Virus record (IMG/VR): IMGVR_UViG_3300031760_003860
From: an uncultured virus (IMG/VR IMGVR_UViG_3300031760_003860)
Lineage: Duplodnaviria; Heunggongvirae; Uroviricota; Caudoviricetes
Length of the DNA: 64,000 nucleotides
Strand: one strand, 5' to 3'
Positions 1 through 11,100 of the stretch are shown piece after piece. Each line of letters begins with the position of its first letter. Position 1 is the first letter of the stretch. The position numbers were made by a program, and so were the translations under genes. Under the pieces are notes generated by a model that saw only the letters and a program-made list of their open reading frames with translations, was not told where the DNA came from and made no database searches.

Positions 1-454
1 TAGTGGCAAGGAGTAACTTCCAAGGTATAGTAAAAAGTCTATAGGTAGAGACAATCGACGCAGCGAAGTATCTTACATTGATAAGATATGAGTTCAACGA
101 CTATCGAAAGCTAGACAACTACATTGATAGAAATATCTAAATACGAAAGTAGGTAGTTTGAAAATAAGGTAAGTTGAAATACTTACACGAAGCAAGTAGA
201 GTAGACCTCAAGTGAGGGTGAACTATTTTATAGTTCTTTACGAAACGGGAGGTTCTATTATACTGGTAACAGGTATAATAGGAAAGATATAGTCTGTACG
301 TCTATCGAGAGATAGAGAAATTATTTGATTTAAAAACCTATATCCTTTCTAGTATGACAGGATTTTAAGCTTCGCACGGTAATGTGCGTGATTATAGTTT
401 GAGATTTTTAAATCAATAATTTAGTTAGTCTAACGAACTAACTTAACACATTAG
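1..454 (+). mobile_element. Group I intron (IA2-like, no ORF in the visible part), 5' end outside window, interrupting ppk
   Basis: Core elements present: AATCGACGCAGCG (Q), GTTCAACGACTATC (R/P7), AAGATATAGTCT (S/P7'). Ends ACACATTAG (omegaG 454). The 3' ~170 nt are near-identical to the introns at 14646-15131 and 54649-55133. The downstream exon opens in the ppk frame at 455. Confidence 0.92.
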
Positions 455-1315
455 GAAAGCCACAATATTAAAGTTGCGAAGAAGCTATTTAAAGCTGGTT
501 GTAATGTAATCCACCCACCAAAAGGAATCAAGGTTCATAGCAAATTACTCGGAATACAAATGTCACATGGTAAAACTTATAATTATATAGGAACAGGCAA
601 TTTCAATGAAAAGACTGCAACTGGTTATGTGGATTATGCATATTTATCTAACGATAGAGAAGTGTACCAAGATATTCAAAATGTTATTTGTAGTAAAAGT
701 ACGGATGCCAAAAAACTTATTCTCTCACCAGATAACATGAGAAGTTTTTATAATGAACAATTCTATTTTGCAAGAGAATCTGTAAAAGAAGGTAAATTCT
801 GTGAGATAATTATAAAAGCAAATAGTATATCAGATAAAAAACTCATTGATGCGATATATGATGCAGCTATCAATGGAGGTGTTAGATTTAAGCTTATAAT
901 TCGTGGTATTTGTTGCATCACTCCTTGTGAAAATATTAAGGTGTACTCTGTAGTAGGTAAATATCTTGAACATGCTAGAGCTATGGTTATTAGTGTTTAT
1001 ACGGAAGATAATGAAACGTCTTTGACTTCCAAATTGATAAAAAGAAAATGCTTTATTGGAAGCGCCGATTTGATGCCAAGAAATCTTAATAGAAGAATCG
1101 AAGCAATCATCCCAATTGAACGAGGTGAAATTAAAAGTATAATTCATAATCAATTAGAACTTGAGATGGCTGGTAAGAATTATACAATGAATAAAGATGG
1201 TAGTTATACATTCAATGACCGTCGAATCGATTCTCAATTAGATAATGTGCTACAATTCATGACAGAAAAAGAGAAGGCAAATGGAAGTAAGAAAAGCAAA
1301 AAAACTTCTAAGTAA
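455..1315 (+). CDS. ppk: Polyphosphate kinase 1, 3' exon (5' exon lies outside window)
   Basis: Frame is open from 455: ESHNIKVAKKLFKAGCNVIHPPKGIKVHSKL, then IGTGNFNEKTA, IKANSISD, LIIRGICC, VGKYLEHAR and IGSADLMPRNLNRRIE. These are the PPK1 C-terminal PLD-like domain motifs. Confidence 0.92.
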   Translation, partial: ESHNIKVAKKLFKAGCNVIHPPKGIKVHSKLLGIQMSHGKTYNYIGTGNFNEKTATGYVDYAYLSNDREVYQDIQNVICSKSTDAKKLILSPDNMRSFYNEQFYFARESVKEGKFCEIIIKANSISDKKLIDAIYDAAINGGVRFKLIIRGICCITPCENIKVYSVVGKYLEHARAMVISVYTEDNETSLTSKLIKRKCFIGSADLMPRNLNRRIEAIIPIERGEIKSIIHNQLELEMAGKNYTMNKDGSYTFNDRRIDSQLDNVLQFMTEKEKANGSKKSKKTSK

Positions 1316-1421
1316 AACTGTTACAGTTCAGATTTTAACAGATGATGAAGATGTGCTTGGGCATATACCAAGATAGCTTAACATTTCCTTGTCTAGAATT
1401 ATATCGGTAAGAAATAATATA

Positions 1422-1460
1422 TAGGGTGTATCGGATAAATTTCGATATACCTTATTTTTT
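1422..1460 (+). terminator. Intrinsic terminator
   Basis: Hairpin AGGGTGTATCG...CGATATACCTT followed by a T-run. Confidence 0.65.
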
Positions 1461-1529
1461 TATCCAAAATTCGTATACTATAAAAAATTATGTAATATAC
1501 AAATTATTAAATAGACTATCAGAAAGGAT

Positions 1530-1967
1530 GTGAGTAATATTATGGGTGCTCAATTAAAAGAAGTATCATTCGGACTTGATAATTTTGGAAAACCAAAGAT
1601 GCTTTCTATTAAAGAGAGTATAGTGCAAGTCATCATGAATGTACTATTTATGAAACCAGGATGCTTTCCATCTATGCCTTGGATAGGAATAAATATTAAG
1701 TCATATTTATATATGATGGAAGACGAAATAGATATCGATACATTGAAATCAGATATCTATGAGCAATGTAGTGCGGTTATCAAATATGTGGAAATTGATT
1801 CTGTTGAGGCATATTTCACTTCAGCAAATGGAAGTGCTGTGCTAATTATTAATATACCTATTACGATTTCCAACAACTCATTTGATTGTACAATAGGATT
1901 TACTAAAGATTCATCTGATAGTAATGTGAAATACAATTTCCAATTAGAAGCTAGAAAAGCTTCTTAA
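1530..1967 (+). CDS. Putative baseplate wedge protein (gp25-like)
   Basis: Size, the LFMKPGCFPSMPWIGINI motif (gp25-like PGE..P.fG) and the structural-gene context. Confidence 0.55.
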   Translation: MSNIMGAQLKEVSFGLDNFGKPKMLSIKESIVQVIMNVLFMKPGCFPSMPWIGINIKSYLYMMEDEIDIDTLKSDIYEQCSAVIKYVEIDSVEAYFTSANGSAVLIINIPITISNNSFDCTIGFTKDSSDSNVKYNFQLEARKAS

Positions 1968-2001
1968 AACCACAAATAAAGATATAGGAGGATTAAAGCT
2001 A

Positions 2002-3777
2002 ATGAGCGAAGAAATTACAAGAACAGAAGATATGAATGTGAATGAATTACTTGAGCAGGCAAGAAAAAAAGAAACTGTTTCTACTACACCAGACGAAGAA
2101 GTTGCTACAAACATTGTAGGAGCTGGTTGGGCTGAAGGGGAAGAGGTTACAGTTACAAAAAATGATACAAGCACGTATGCCGAAGCTACCAAAGAAGTTT
2201 CTGAAGAACCAGTAAATGAAGACGCTGGAGAAGAAATTGAAAACGTCAAAGATACAGTTGCTCCAATTGGAGAAGAGGAAGAAGAAGCTGTGGTCGTAAA
2301 GAGAAAAGAAAAAACTGCTGGGCTTATCATCGATAATGATGAATTAAAAAAAGATGACCAACCTGCAATTGGTGATTTAGGACCAGAGGTAAAGAAGAGA
2401 GTCGAAAATTATATGAGTGACATGGATGCTGAAACTGAAGAATTACGTAAATATCATGACGATATCTTTGAAGCATTAGCAGAAAAAGGTGTTAATGCGA
2501 AAGACGAGTATCAGTTAAAGGAAGCAAGAATTCGGTTACTTGCAGCGGGGGTTAATATTGACGACCCTGAGGCAATCAGGAATTCAGATGTTGACTTAAC
2601 AAATCTTAATACGGAATGGATTAACGATGACAATGTTCACGATACAAAACTAGAAGACAGCTATAAGAAATACAATGAAGCTGTCGTTATCATTGATAAG
2701 AGTAAAATGGGTGCTGTCAATGGTTTCACACCTGAAGAACGTGCTAAGATGCGTAAAGCGGATGTTATTAAATTGAAAGAAATTGAAAATGTTTCTTTAG
2801 AGAATGTCGTAATTCGCCGTCCAAAAGAAAAGAAGAGTGCAAAAGATATCATCAGAAGAAATCGTAACCCATTCACTACAAACGTAGTTGCAGTTGCATC
2901 AGGTTATACTGCTGTTATGAAAGGCGGTTCTTCTTATGAGATTATTGCTTTATTAAGAGATTTAGAAGACCCTGTATTATCTGTAGAATCAAAATGGCAG
3001 TTAATCTATGATAAGATTGATTCTATGAGTTGTGGAAAACCTGCAGAATTTACAGATTGGTTGAAGATGACGGCTGCTGTGGATTACGATGTATTCATTT
3101 ACGGTATCTTAGTTGCAACTTATCCAGACGATGATGAAATTACATTTACATGTAATAATCCAGAGTGTAAGAAGGCACATTATGAATTTACTCATAAATA
3201 TTCTGTACGTTCTTTGATTCGTGCTGAAAGAATGTCTGATATTATGAAAGAAAGATTTGAAGCTGCTATTACAAATGCTGGTTCTGCAGAGATGTCTAAG
3301 CAGTATATGGAAACAGGTTCTCCAATGAGTAAAGTCCGCCGTTATAAGTTACCAGAATCTGAATTCATTGTAGATTTCCGTATCCGTTCAGCTTATGACT
3401 TAATTTACTCATCCATCAAAGATATTCAAGAAGCTAACTTGCCGGAGAGTTATAATGATATTGCTACTACAGCAACATCTATTTCTAGAATCTTGGTACC
3501 AGATTATGATGGCGGGTTGGATGAAATGGGCAACTATGCTTATGATGAATTTACTAGTCCAGTAGATATCGTTGAGTTAATCTACTCATTGAGAGATAAA
3601 GACTTACTTATCGTAAATAAGATTTCCGATGAGGTATATGCAGATGTAACATTCGATTTCGGTCTTATGAATATTATCTGCGATAGATGCCACACAGTTA
3701 CAGAATTCCACGAAATGGAAGTTGAAAGAATCCTTTTTCGGAAACTTCAGCAGGCGGCAGCCACTCAAATCGAATAA
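2002..3777 (+). CDS. Virion/tail assembly protein (acidic N-terminus; C-terminal CNNPEC and CDRC Zn motifs, baseplate-hub or chaperone-like)
   Basis: 591-aa ORF with RBS AGGAGG; Cys motifs; overlapping -1 frame extension at its 3' end. Confidence 0.5.
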   Translation: MSEEITRTEDMNVNELLEQARKKETVSTTPDEEVATNIVGAGWAEGEEVTVTKNDTSTYAEATKEVSEEPVNEDAGEEIENVKDTVAPIGEEEEEAVVVKRKEKTAGLIIDNDELKKDDQPAIGDLGPEVKKRVENYMSDMDAETEELRKYHDDIFEALAEKGVNAKDEYQLKEARIRLLAAGVNIDDPEAIRNSDVDLTNLNTEWINDDNVHDTKLEDSYKKYNEAVVIIDKSKMGAVNGFTPEERAKMRKADVIKLKEIENVSLENVVIRRPKEKKSAKDIIRRNRNPFTTNVVAVASGYTAVMKGGSSYEIIALLRDLEDPVLSVESKWQLIYDKIDSMSCGKPAEFTDWLKMTAAVDYDVFIYGILVATYPDDDEITFTCNNPECKKAHYEFTHKYSVRSLIRAERMSDIMKERFEAAITNAGSAEMSKQYMETGSPMSKVRRYKLPESEFIVDFRIRSAYDLIYSSIKDIQEANLPESYNDIATTATSISRILVPDYDGGLDEMGNYAYDEFTSPVDIVELIYSLRDKDLLIVNKISDEVYADVTFDFGLMNIICDRCHTVTEFHEMEVERILFRKLQQAAATQIE

Positions 3778-4067
3778 AGAATCTTTATACAATTATAGAC
3801 GACTCGCTAGAGCTGTTTAAAGGACAATTGTCTTATAACGAGATTCGTGATATGAGTTATAAGGAGTTATTAGCATTGCGTAATGCCCGAATTGATAGGC
3901 TTAATAAAGAACGAGAAGCAATGAATGATGACGGGGACGGCAATATCAGAGCAACAAACCCTGGCTTGAGTAAAGAGCAAGCCAGGGATTTTGTTTTAAG
4001 AGATATGGCATACTTTATGAACAAAAATGGACCGAGTGCTGAAGTTAAAAGAGGTGAAGAAAAATGA
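3726..4067 (+). CDS. Probable -1 frameshift extension of the 2002..3777 protein (tail-assembly-chaperone-like)
   Basis: Frame is open from 3726, well before the annotated TTG at 3828. Slippery C CTT TTT at 3732-3738. LSYNEIRDMSYKELLAL resembles chaperone-extension sequences. Confidence 0.55.
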   Translation, partial: KNPFSETSAGGSHSNRIKNLYTIIDDSLELFKGQLSYNEIRDMSYKELLALRNARIDRLNKEREAMNDDGDGNIRATNPGLSKEQARDFVLRDMAYFMNKNGPSAEVKRGEEK

Positions 4068-4339
4068 TGACAACTTTAGATTTTATGAAAAAAGTTGTTA
4101 ATGGCGTAGATGGTAATATTGATTTATGCCTTGATAAATATGAAGAACTAAAAAGAATTTATGATGACGCAAGGGACTTTAATTATACCATTGACGCATA
4201 TACCACTGAGGGGGATAATTTTATCATTGAACTCGATTTTAGGTATATTAAAGATGCGAAGGCATTTATGCGAAATGGGGAAAACTATGATTTCCCTTTA
4301 GCATTAGAAGAAAACTCTAAAGTATTGTGTTCATTATAG
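4064..4339 (+). CDS. Hypothetical protein
   Basis: 91-aa ORF with RBS GAGGTG, coupled to its neighbours. Confidence 0.7.
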   Translation: MMTTLDFMKKVVNGVDGNIDLCLDKYEELKRIYDDARDFNYTIDAYTTEGDNFIIELDFRYIKDAKAFMRNGENYDFPLALEENSKVLCSL

Positions 4340-4352
4340 GAAAGGAGTAACT

Positions 4353-6485
4353 ATGAAAATTCAGTTATATTCAGTTGATGATTTGGTGCGACTCAATAAA
4401 CTGGAAGAAGTTACAAATCCTATATTATATGATATAGGAGCAAATCCAACAGAAGATGGGTTGTTATCTAGACAAATATTTGGAAATAGCCAGATAGAAA
4501 GAAAAGAAACATTCGCATATATTGATTTGCATGGGCATTTTTTAAATCCATTTATTTATAAAATGCTAAAACGTATGAATCGTAACTTTGAATCTGTTGT
4601 AAACGGTTCAAAGAAATTCTCCATTATCAAAGGGGAACTAATTGTAGATGAGGAGAAAGGTGATACAGGTTTAGAATGGCTATATAAACATTGGGATGAA
4701 TTAAAATTCGAGAAGAATGAAAGTATTGCGAGAAATGAAAGAATTGATGTACTACGGGCATATGATAAAAAAGTTTTATTCCAAACAAAATTGGTTGTAT
4801 GCCCTCCATTTTATCGTGATACAAATATGACGGATGCAGAATCTGGAAAAATTCGTCCTCATTTATTGAATAAGTACTACTCTAATATAATATCATTTTC
4901 AAAAACGATTGAAAACACTAGTACGTTTGATTTTGTTCTTAATAATGCTAGAGCTAGTATAGAGTTACAAATGGTTGAAATTTACAATTATTATAAAGGA
5001 TTGATTGAAAAGAAAAATGGTCTGATTCGCAAGAATTTATTAGGTAAATCTATCACTTATGGTTCTAGGTCAGTTATTACGGCACCTACGTTTAAATCTA
5101 ATACGCCTGAAGAAATGCCTGTTAACTATACGCATACAGGAATACCGCTATCACAAGCGTGTGCTTTATTAGCTCCATTCATTGTGGCTCATGTAAAACG
5201 TTTCTTTCAGACAGAATTAGAAAAAATTGGTTCTAAATATCCTGTTATGGAAAAAGATGGGTCAATCACTTACGTAAAACTAAAGAAGCCCGATACTTAT
5301 TTCAATGATGCTTTTATTAAGAAACATCTTGATAGATTTATGCATAGCCCAGATGAACGATTTGAAAAAATTGAATTACCTGTAGAAGAACCGGACGATA
5401 AGAAAGGTAAAATATATATGCATTTTATTGGTCGTTATTATGAAAAAGGAAAACCAGAAACGGAATCCCCTTTGATTGAAAGACCTGCAACTTGGACAGA
5501 TGTATTCTATCAAGCAGCATATGAAGAAAGTAAAAATAAAATCGTATGGGTTACAAGATATCCTTTGTTAGATTATTTTGGTATGTTCCCAACCTATATG
5601 CATATTTTATCTACAAATGAAACAGTTCCTATGTATGTAGGAAATGTAGTTTATAAACACTATCCAAAAATAGATTTGGATTTACCAAAAGAAAAGGTTT
5701 CTACTATATTTGCAGATACTACTCTCATTAGTAATTTATATTTGCAAGGAAATGGTGGCGATTATGACGGTAAACTTGATTGCCGTCGTTAAACTCCTTT
5801 AATTGCTGGAAAGCCCATGTGGTCAATCAGCAGCGAAGCCTTTGTTAAAAGGAACGTTCAACGACTATCGAAAAGATAACTTAGGAGAAATACCTAGGCG
5901 AATAACTGAGTAGAGTAGGCGAAAGCCGAAACGGGGAGCTTTTATTATATGGTAAAAGTATAATAATTGAAGATATAGTCTACCCCTATGGCAACATAGG
6001 ATTTATCATTTTTCGTATATAAGACATTTTGATATAATAAATATAGGAATAAAAAATCTAAATTATTTATATCAAAATAAAGACATCAAGAATATTTTTG
6101 TTGATTACCAAAATATACTTTTAGCAGTAATTTATATTTATCTAATTGAAAATGTTAAAACTGGTAAAAAGTGTATGTTGGTAAAACTACAAATATAAAG
6201 AATAGAATATCACAATATATACGTGCTTCATATATTTTTTTATCCCTAGCGAAAACGAAAATAAATTTGAAACTTCTGATTTATGTGATGTCTTTAAATA
6301 TTATAAAATGGTAAGTGGATCAGGTAACAGATAAAGTAGTATTCTCTCAAAATGCTTGTAAAGAAGGAGAAAGAATTATGAAAAGTAAGAATCTTCTCCT
6401 TGGAATGCAGGGAGAAAATATGCGTGTAAGTACAAATGAGGCTATACAGACTTTATTTATGCTTACTAGAATGGAAGATGAATAG
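4353..6485 (+). CDS. rpoC: Phage multisubunit RNA polymerase beta-prime-like catalytic subunit (probably virion RNAP), spliced: exons 4353-5771 and 6318-6485, 528 aa
   Basis: Motifs DGLLSRQIFG, VCPPFYRD, KNGLIRKNLLGKSITYGSRSVIT and TRYP. The catalytic GGDYDG|DQ is restored by splicing to exon 2 (DQVTDKVVFSQNACKE...EAIQTLFMLT). No Zn-binding domain. Confidence 0.92.
5772..6317 (+). mobile_element. Group I intron inside the RNAP DxDGD active-site motif
   Basis: P1: exon GACGGT pairs with GCCGTC, with terminal U.G. Core elements AATTGCTGGAAA (P), AATCAGCAGCG (Q), GTTCAACGACTA (R), AAGATATAGTCT (S). OmegaG at 6317. P10 TTGATT/GATCAG. Confidence 0.93.
6124..6313 (+). pseudogene. Decayed GIY-YIG homing endonuclease remnant inside the intron's 3' extension
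   Basis: AVIYIYLIENVKTGK, then a frameshift in the A-run at ~6166-6170, then VYVGKTTNIKNRISQY. This is the GIY-YIG N-terminal motif with its conserved Arg. Confidence 0.7.
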
Positions 6486-6490
6486 AATGA

Positions 6491-6532
6491 TACAGATGTA
6501 TAAGTTAATCTACTTATACATCTGTACTTTTT
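6491..6532 (+). terminator. Intrinsic terminator after beta-prime exon 2
   Basis: TACAGATGTATAAGT / ACTTATACATCTGTA hairpin plus T-run. Confidence 0.7.
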
Positions 6533-6551
6533 AATGAAAATAGGTAAGAAA

Positions 6552-6563
6552 AACAATAGTATA
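6552..6563 (+). promoter_or_regulatory. AR9-type late promoter AACA-N6-TA
   Basis: AACA-ATAGTA-TA just upstream of the RBS of a structural gene; the motif recurs before many genes. Confidence 0.7.
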
Positions 6564-6590
6564 AAAGGCTATAAGAAAGGAGGATGATCC

Positions 6591-8108
6591 ATGGCAAATA
6601 AAACGGCTAAAGTTGTAAACTGCTCAGCTCTTCATGTTAGAAGTGGAGCAGGAACTAGCTATTCGGTATTAAAATATGTTAAAAAAGGATATAGTGGAAT
6701 TGTGACCGATTCTAAAAAAGTTGGTTCTTCCACATGGTATAAATGGAAAACTGGTGGTTGGTCTAATGGGAAGTATCTTAAAATAACTAACCCAGCTTCA
6801 AATACTAAAAAACCTTCCACTAAAACTACAACTAAGAAAACAAATAAAAAGAAATCAACGAAATTAATAGGTCCCAGACTACCAGATGGAAGTTTTAATA
6901 CACAAGAAAAGAAAAATAATGCATTAAGTAAAGAAAGTATAAAAGGGAAAAAATATGTAAAGTATATGAAAAAGAATGTTACTAAGGGTCTTAAAGGAAA
7001 AAATTCTACTAGCGTTAGTACTACAGCACATACTAAATCATATACTTCAAAATCAAAAGATAAAAAGTATAAACCTATATTCACAACTGGATATAGCGCT
7101 TTAAAAAATGGTAAAGATAATTTTACTATATCAACAAACTATATTTCTAAAGATATCAAAAATATAAAAGCAGAAATGAATCTCCCTATAAGTGGTTCAA
7201 AACTTAGACTTTATGATGCTGAAGGTAATGCTGAAACAAAGTCTTTATTTAGTCTTATGCATAATAAGTTTAATCGATTCAAATTACCATATCCAGATGA
7301 GGCTCTTCCTAAGACATTCGGATATGTATTTTTTACAAGACCTGCTTTACACTTATTAGCTTCATCTGATAAGCTTCTTGATGATTTGATAAATTTGCCT
7401 GATTACTACTACATGTTTATGGCGAGTAAAACAATTTTCCGCTCATTAACAGAAGGGTTTACAGACCAACATAATTTTCACCCATTCTTATCCAACATGG
7501 TAACATCATTTGATATTACCGATGAGTCGATAGATACTCAAGAGCATGGTGAATCTAATACTGGACATAAAGTTGTTTATGGCTCAATAGACACTAAATC
7601 TACTGTGGCGGGGTCTTTTAATGTTAATTTTGTAGATAATAAACGTCTAGAAGTATATAAGACTGTACATTTATGGGAAAGATATATCAGCGACATAAAG
7701 AAAGGTATCATTGAGCCTACTCGTAATGCAATATTAAATAAAGTACTAGATTATGCGGCTAGTGCATATTATTTCTTATTAGGTCCTGATGGAGAAGAAA
7801 TACTCTATTGGTCAAAATTTACAGGAGTTTTTCCTACAGCATCTCCTTCTGCAGAATTTTCATGGAAAAAGGGAGAGTTGATGGCTACTCCTAATTATAG
7901 TATTCCATTTGCTTACTCTTGGAAAAAAGATGAAGACATCTATCATCTGGCAGAATTCAATACACTATCTGCTAAAACTTACGAGTATAGGGAAATATAT
8001 GACCCATATATACAGACCGTTGGAACAACATGGGTTGGAGCACCATTTATAGAGACTTCGGTTTCTAAAGATGGAGATATACGATACAAATTAAGATTTA
8101 GAGTTTAG
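6591..8108 (+). CDS. Virion structural protein with N-terminal SH3b domain
   Basis: ALHVRSGAGTSYSVL...WYK...GGWSNGKYL (SH3b), a Lys/Thr-rich linker, and a C-terminal tube/baseplate-like region. Confidence 0.7.
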   Translation: MANKTAKVVNCSALHVRSGAGTSYSVLKYVKKGYSGIVTDSKKVGSSTWYKWKTGGWSNGKYLKITNPASNTKKPSTKTTTKKTNKKKSTKLIGPRLPDGSFNTQEKKNNALSKESIKGKKYVKYMKKNVTKGLKGKNSTSVSTTAHTKSYTSKSKDKKYKPIFTTGYSALKNGKDNFTISTNYISKDIKNIKAEMNLPISGSKLRLYDAEGNAETKSLFSLMHNKFNRFKLPYPDEALPKTFGYVFFTRPALHLLASSDKLLDDLINLPDYYYMFMASKTIFRSLTEGFTDQHNFHPFLSNMVTSFDITDESIDTQEHGESNTGHKVVYGSIDTKSTVAGSFNVNFVDNKRLEVYKTVHLWERYISDIKKGIIEPTRNAILNKVLDYAASAYYFLLGPDGEEILYWSKFTGVFPTASPSAEFSWKKGELMATPNYSIPFAYSWKKDEDIYHLAEFNTLSAKTYEYREIYDPYIQTVGTTWVGAPFIETSVSKDGDIRYKLRFRV

Positions 8109-8121
8109 GAGGGATAATTAA

Positions 8122-11100
8122 ATGGCTGCGGATTATAGTAATATTTATGATGTCAAAAAATTTGCCATGGAGAATATCCTACCAAATTTTTTCGATATGG
8201 AAGAAGCCAATACATTTAATATTGGTTTACTGGGTTATTTGAATGAAATAATTGGCAATATAACAGAGGATACATTCAATTCCATGTCATTCTATATGCA
8301 GGAAATGTCTCCAATTACAGCCAAATTAAAGTCTAGTATATACAGTATACTAGCAAAATTCAGGTATGAAGATGTGTTCGCCGTTCCTACAGAAACACAC
8401 CTCGCATTATTTATTAAAGAATCTGATATTACCGATAACGCAGAGAAAACTACAGATTCTTTAACCAATGAAACTACCTATACATTTATACTTGATAGAA
8501 ATATGGTTGTCGATGTCGATGGTCATAGTTATATGATGGACTATGATTTGAAAATTGTAGCTAGATTGTATAAAGGAGATTTTATTTATCAAGCTAAATA
8601 TGATAAAAGTTTCTCAAATACAATCAGTAATATCAATAGCCCATATACAACATGTAAGCGTGTAAACATTGGTGGAACAAATTATTTGATGGTGAGTGTT
8701 GTTGCACATCAGGTGACTAAAGAGACCTATGAAGATGCATTGATATCTAATGATGTATTGAATTTACCTACGATCAAATTCGAGTATACAGGTAATTTAT
8801 GTGGCTTCAATATATTTTATACAGATGCAGAAACGGGTATTGAACAACAACTGACACCTATCTTATACAAGTATTCTCCTTTATCAACTCCATTTTGTTT
8901 TTACAAAATGTCAGATGAAGGTGAGGTAACGATTTCGTTTACTTCTAAGGATGAATATTTTAGACCATCATTTGGTTCTGATATTCGTATTGAATATTAT
9001 ACATGTGAAGGAAAGGCTACTAATTTCGATTCTTATAATGGGATAGATATTAACGTTAAACCTTCTTCTGAAATTTACGACTATAACAATGGTTTAGTAA
9101 TGATTGGTGTGGTTGTTTCTTCCGGTATTAATGGGGCAGATATGCCTTCTATAGATGAATTACGTATTAAAGCTAATGTATTAGAAACTACTGCGGATAG
9201 TATCGGTACCGAATCAGATATCACGCAATTATTTTCTAGCTTTGTAAATAGTTATGGTGATGTATTAAAATTTGCCAAATATCGAGATGATGCATTATTC
9301 AGAACTTTCATGGCTTTTGCTTTGTTAAAGAATGGTAATGGGGATATCTATGGAACTAATACTCTTAATATCATTCTCAGAGCTTATAATAATGATTTTG
9401 ATGTAGAGTATGAACAAAGTAATCGTATGATTATTAAACCAGGTCGTATATTCTCATTTGAACAGGATAGTACGAAAGATATATCTTCATTAAAGCATCT
9501 GACTGTTTCTGATGAAGAGTTAAATGATTATGGGAATAGAATGTTATATACAAACCCATTCTTGATTTCAGTATGTAAGCAACCCCAGTCTGTTTCATAT
9601 TATATCAATACAATTGATAAACAGATTATGATGGATTATAAATATGCGAATGAAACCTGCTTTACCCAGTTTAATTGCAATAAACTTGTAGTTTCAAGAG
9701 ATGCTATTGGTGGAGATACTAGTTACAAAGTTTATGTAAATATATCTCTTACTTCATCTATGAGCGTTATATCGAGTATTGATTCTATAGACAATTTAGA
9801 TGAAGACTATACAGTGGACGATACTGAGACTAATATAGAAAATACCGAAGTAAATAACGAATTTGAAGATATAACGGAAGAAAATATTGAAGAAAAAGTA
9901 AAACTTCTATTATTTATCTATGGTGAAGATAGCAGAACAGCATATAAAGAAATGTCATTTGTGTCATATGATGCAAGTATAGATATGTATACATTCGAGT
10001 GTGAATTAGAGACAGATGACTATATTTCATCAAATAATTTACTGCGCTTAACAAATGTAAAGAACTATTCTACATTGCAGGAAATGCCTACATTGGTTGC
10101 AATGAATAATACTCAATTAGAGTTGGGTATTTTCTATAATAGCCCATCTGTTATTTCGCATGAGTTCTCAATGATTCCAGAAGTTTCATCTATGACGCTC
10201 ACTAACACTTATATTACAGATACACAGAGATGTGATTTTATCAAACCGATTAATCTTATTAACTCTACACTTCTTTATAAAGAAGAAGATTCTGTAGTTA
10301 CTAACACGGAAGATGTTAAGCTTGTAAAAGAGCCTGAATTCACAGCTTCTACTATAGAAGAAGGTAAAATTGATTTAACATGGGTTCTTAATAATCCATA
10401 TGATTATGTAAAATCATCATTCTTCTTAGTTCTCAATGATAATATTAATGATATTATTGAGCTAGATGAATCAAATCTCATCATAACAGACGGTGTATGT
10501 AAATATACGATAGATGACTTACCTACAAATGAAGCTACTGCAATTCAAATTGGTCAGACTATTACAACAAATATCGATGGAAATTTTGATGATTTTGAAT
10601 ATGCTTGTGCTTGCGATGCTACTAAAGGAATTGATAAGATTGGTGAAATATGCCCAGAGTGTGGAGAAGAGGTTAAACAATTTTCTATTGCACAAAAGTT
10701 TGAATATTCTTGCGATTGTGGCGCTATACAAACTGCTAAAAATATCGGAATAACTTGTGGATGTGGCTCAAAGTGTAGAAGACATTATCCGTTAGTTACT
10801 GATAGATATAGCTGTAACTGTGGAAAACTTAGAGGAGAACTTTATGCTGAACAGATTTGCTATAATTGTAAATCAAAAGTAGAGATTTCTAGTGATACAA
10901 TACACGAGTATACTTGTGAATGTGGAAACTTACACACATATGATGATCTTGGTAAAACATGCTCTGTTTGTGGAACTATCTGTACCAGAAAAAGAAAAGA
11001 TTTGAGTAATAATGTAGAAGCTAAGAAACTATCTCGTATAGTTACATTAACTGCATCAGGTAATGGGGATTCGGTTATGAGTTCTAATGGTATTGAATCT

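Noticed and set aside
1281..1424. Small ORF with an in-frame TAG followed by more open frame, suggesting stop-codon reassignment
   Set aside because: TAG cleanly ends several long genes (4339, 6485, 8108, 11712) just before the next RBS or terminator, and large genes are intact in code 11. Gene fragmentation here is explained by introns.
6347..6556. 69-aa minus-strand ORF
   Set aside because: Antisense to the real beta-prime exon 2 and its terminator
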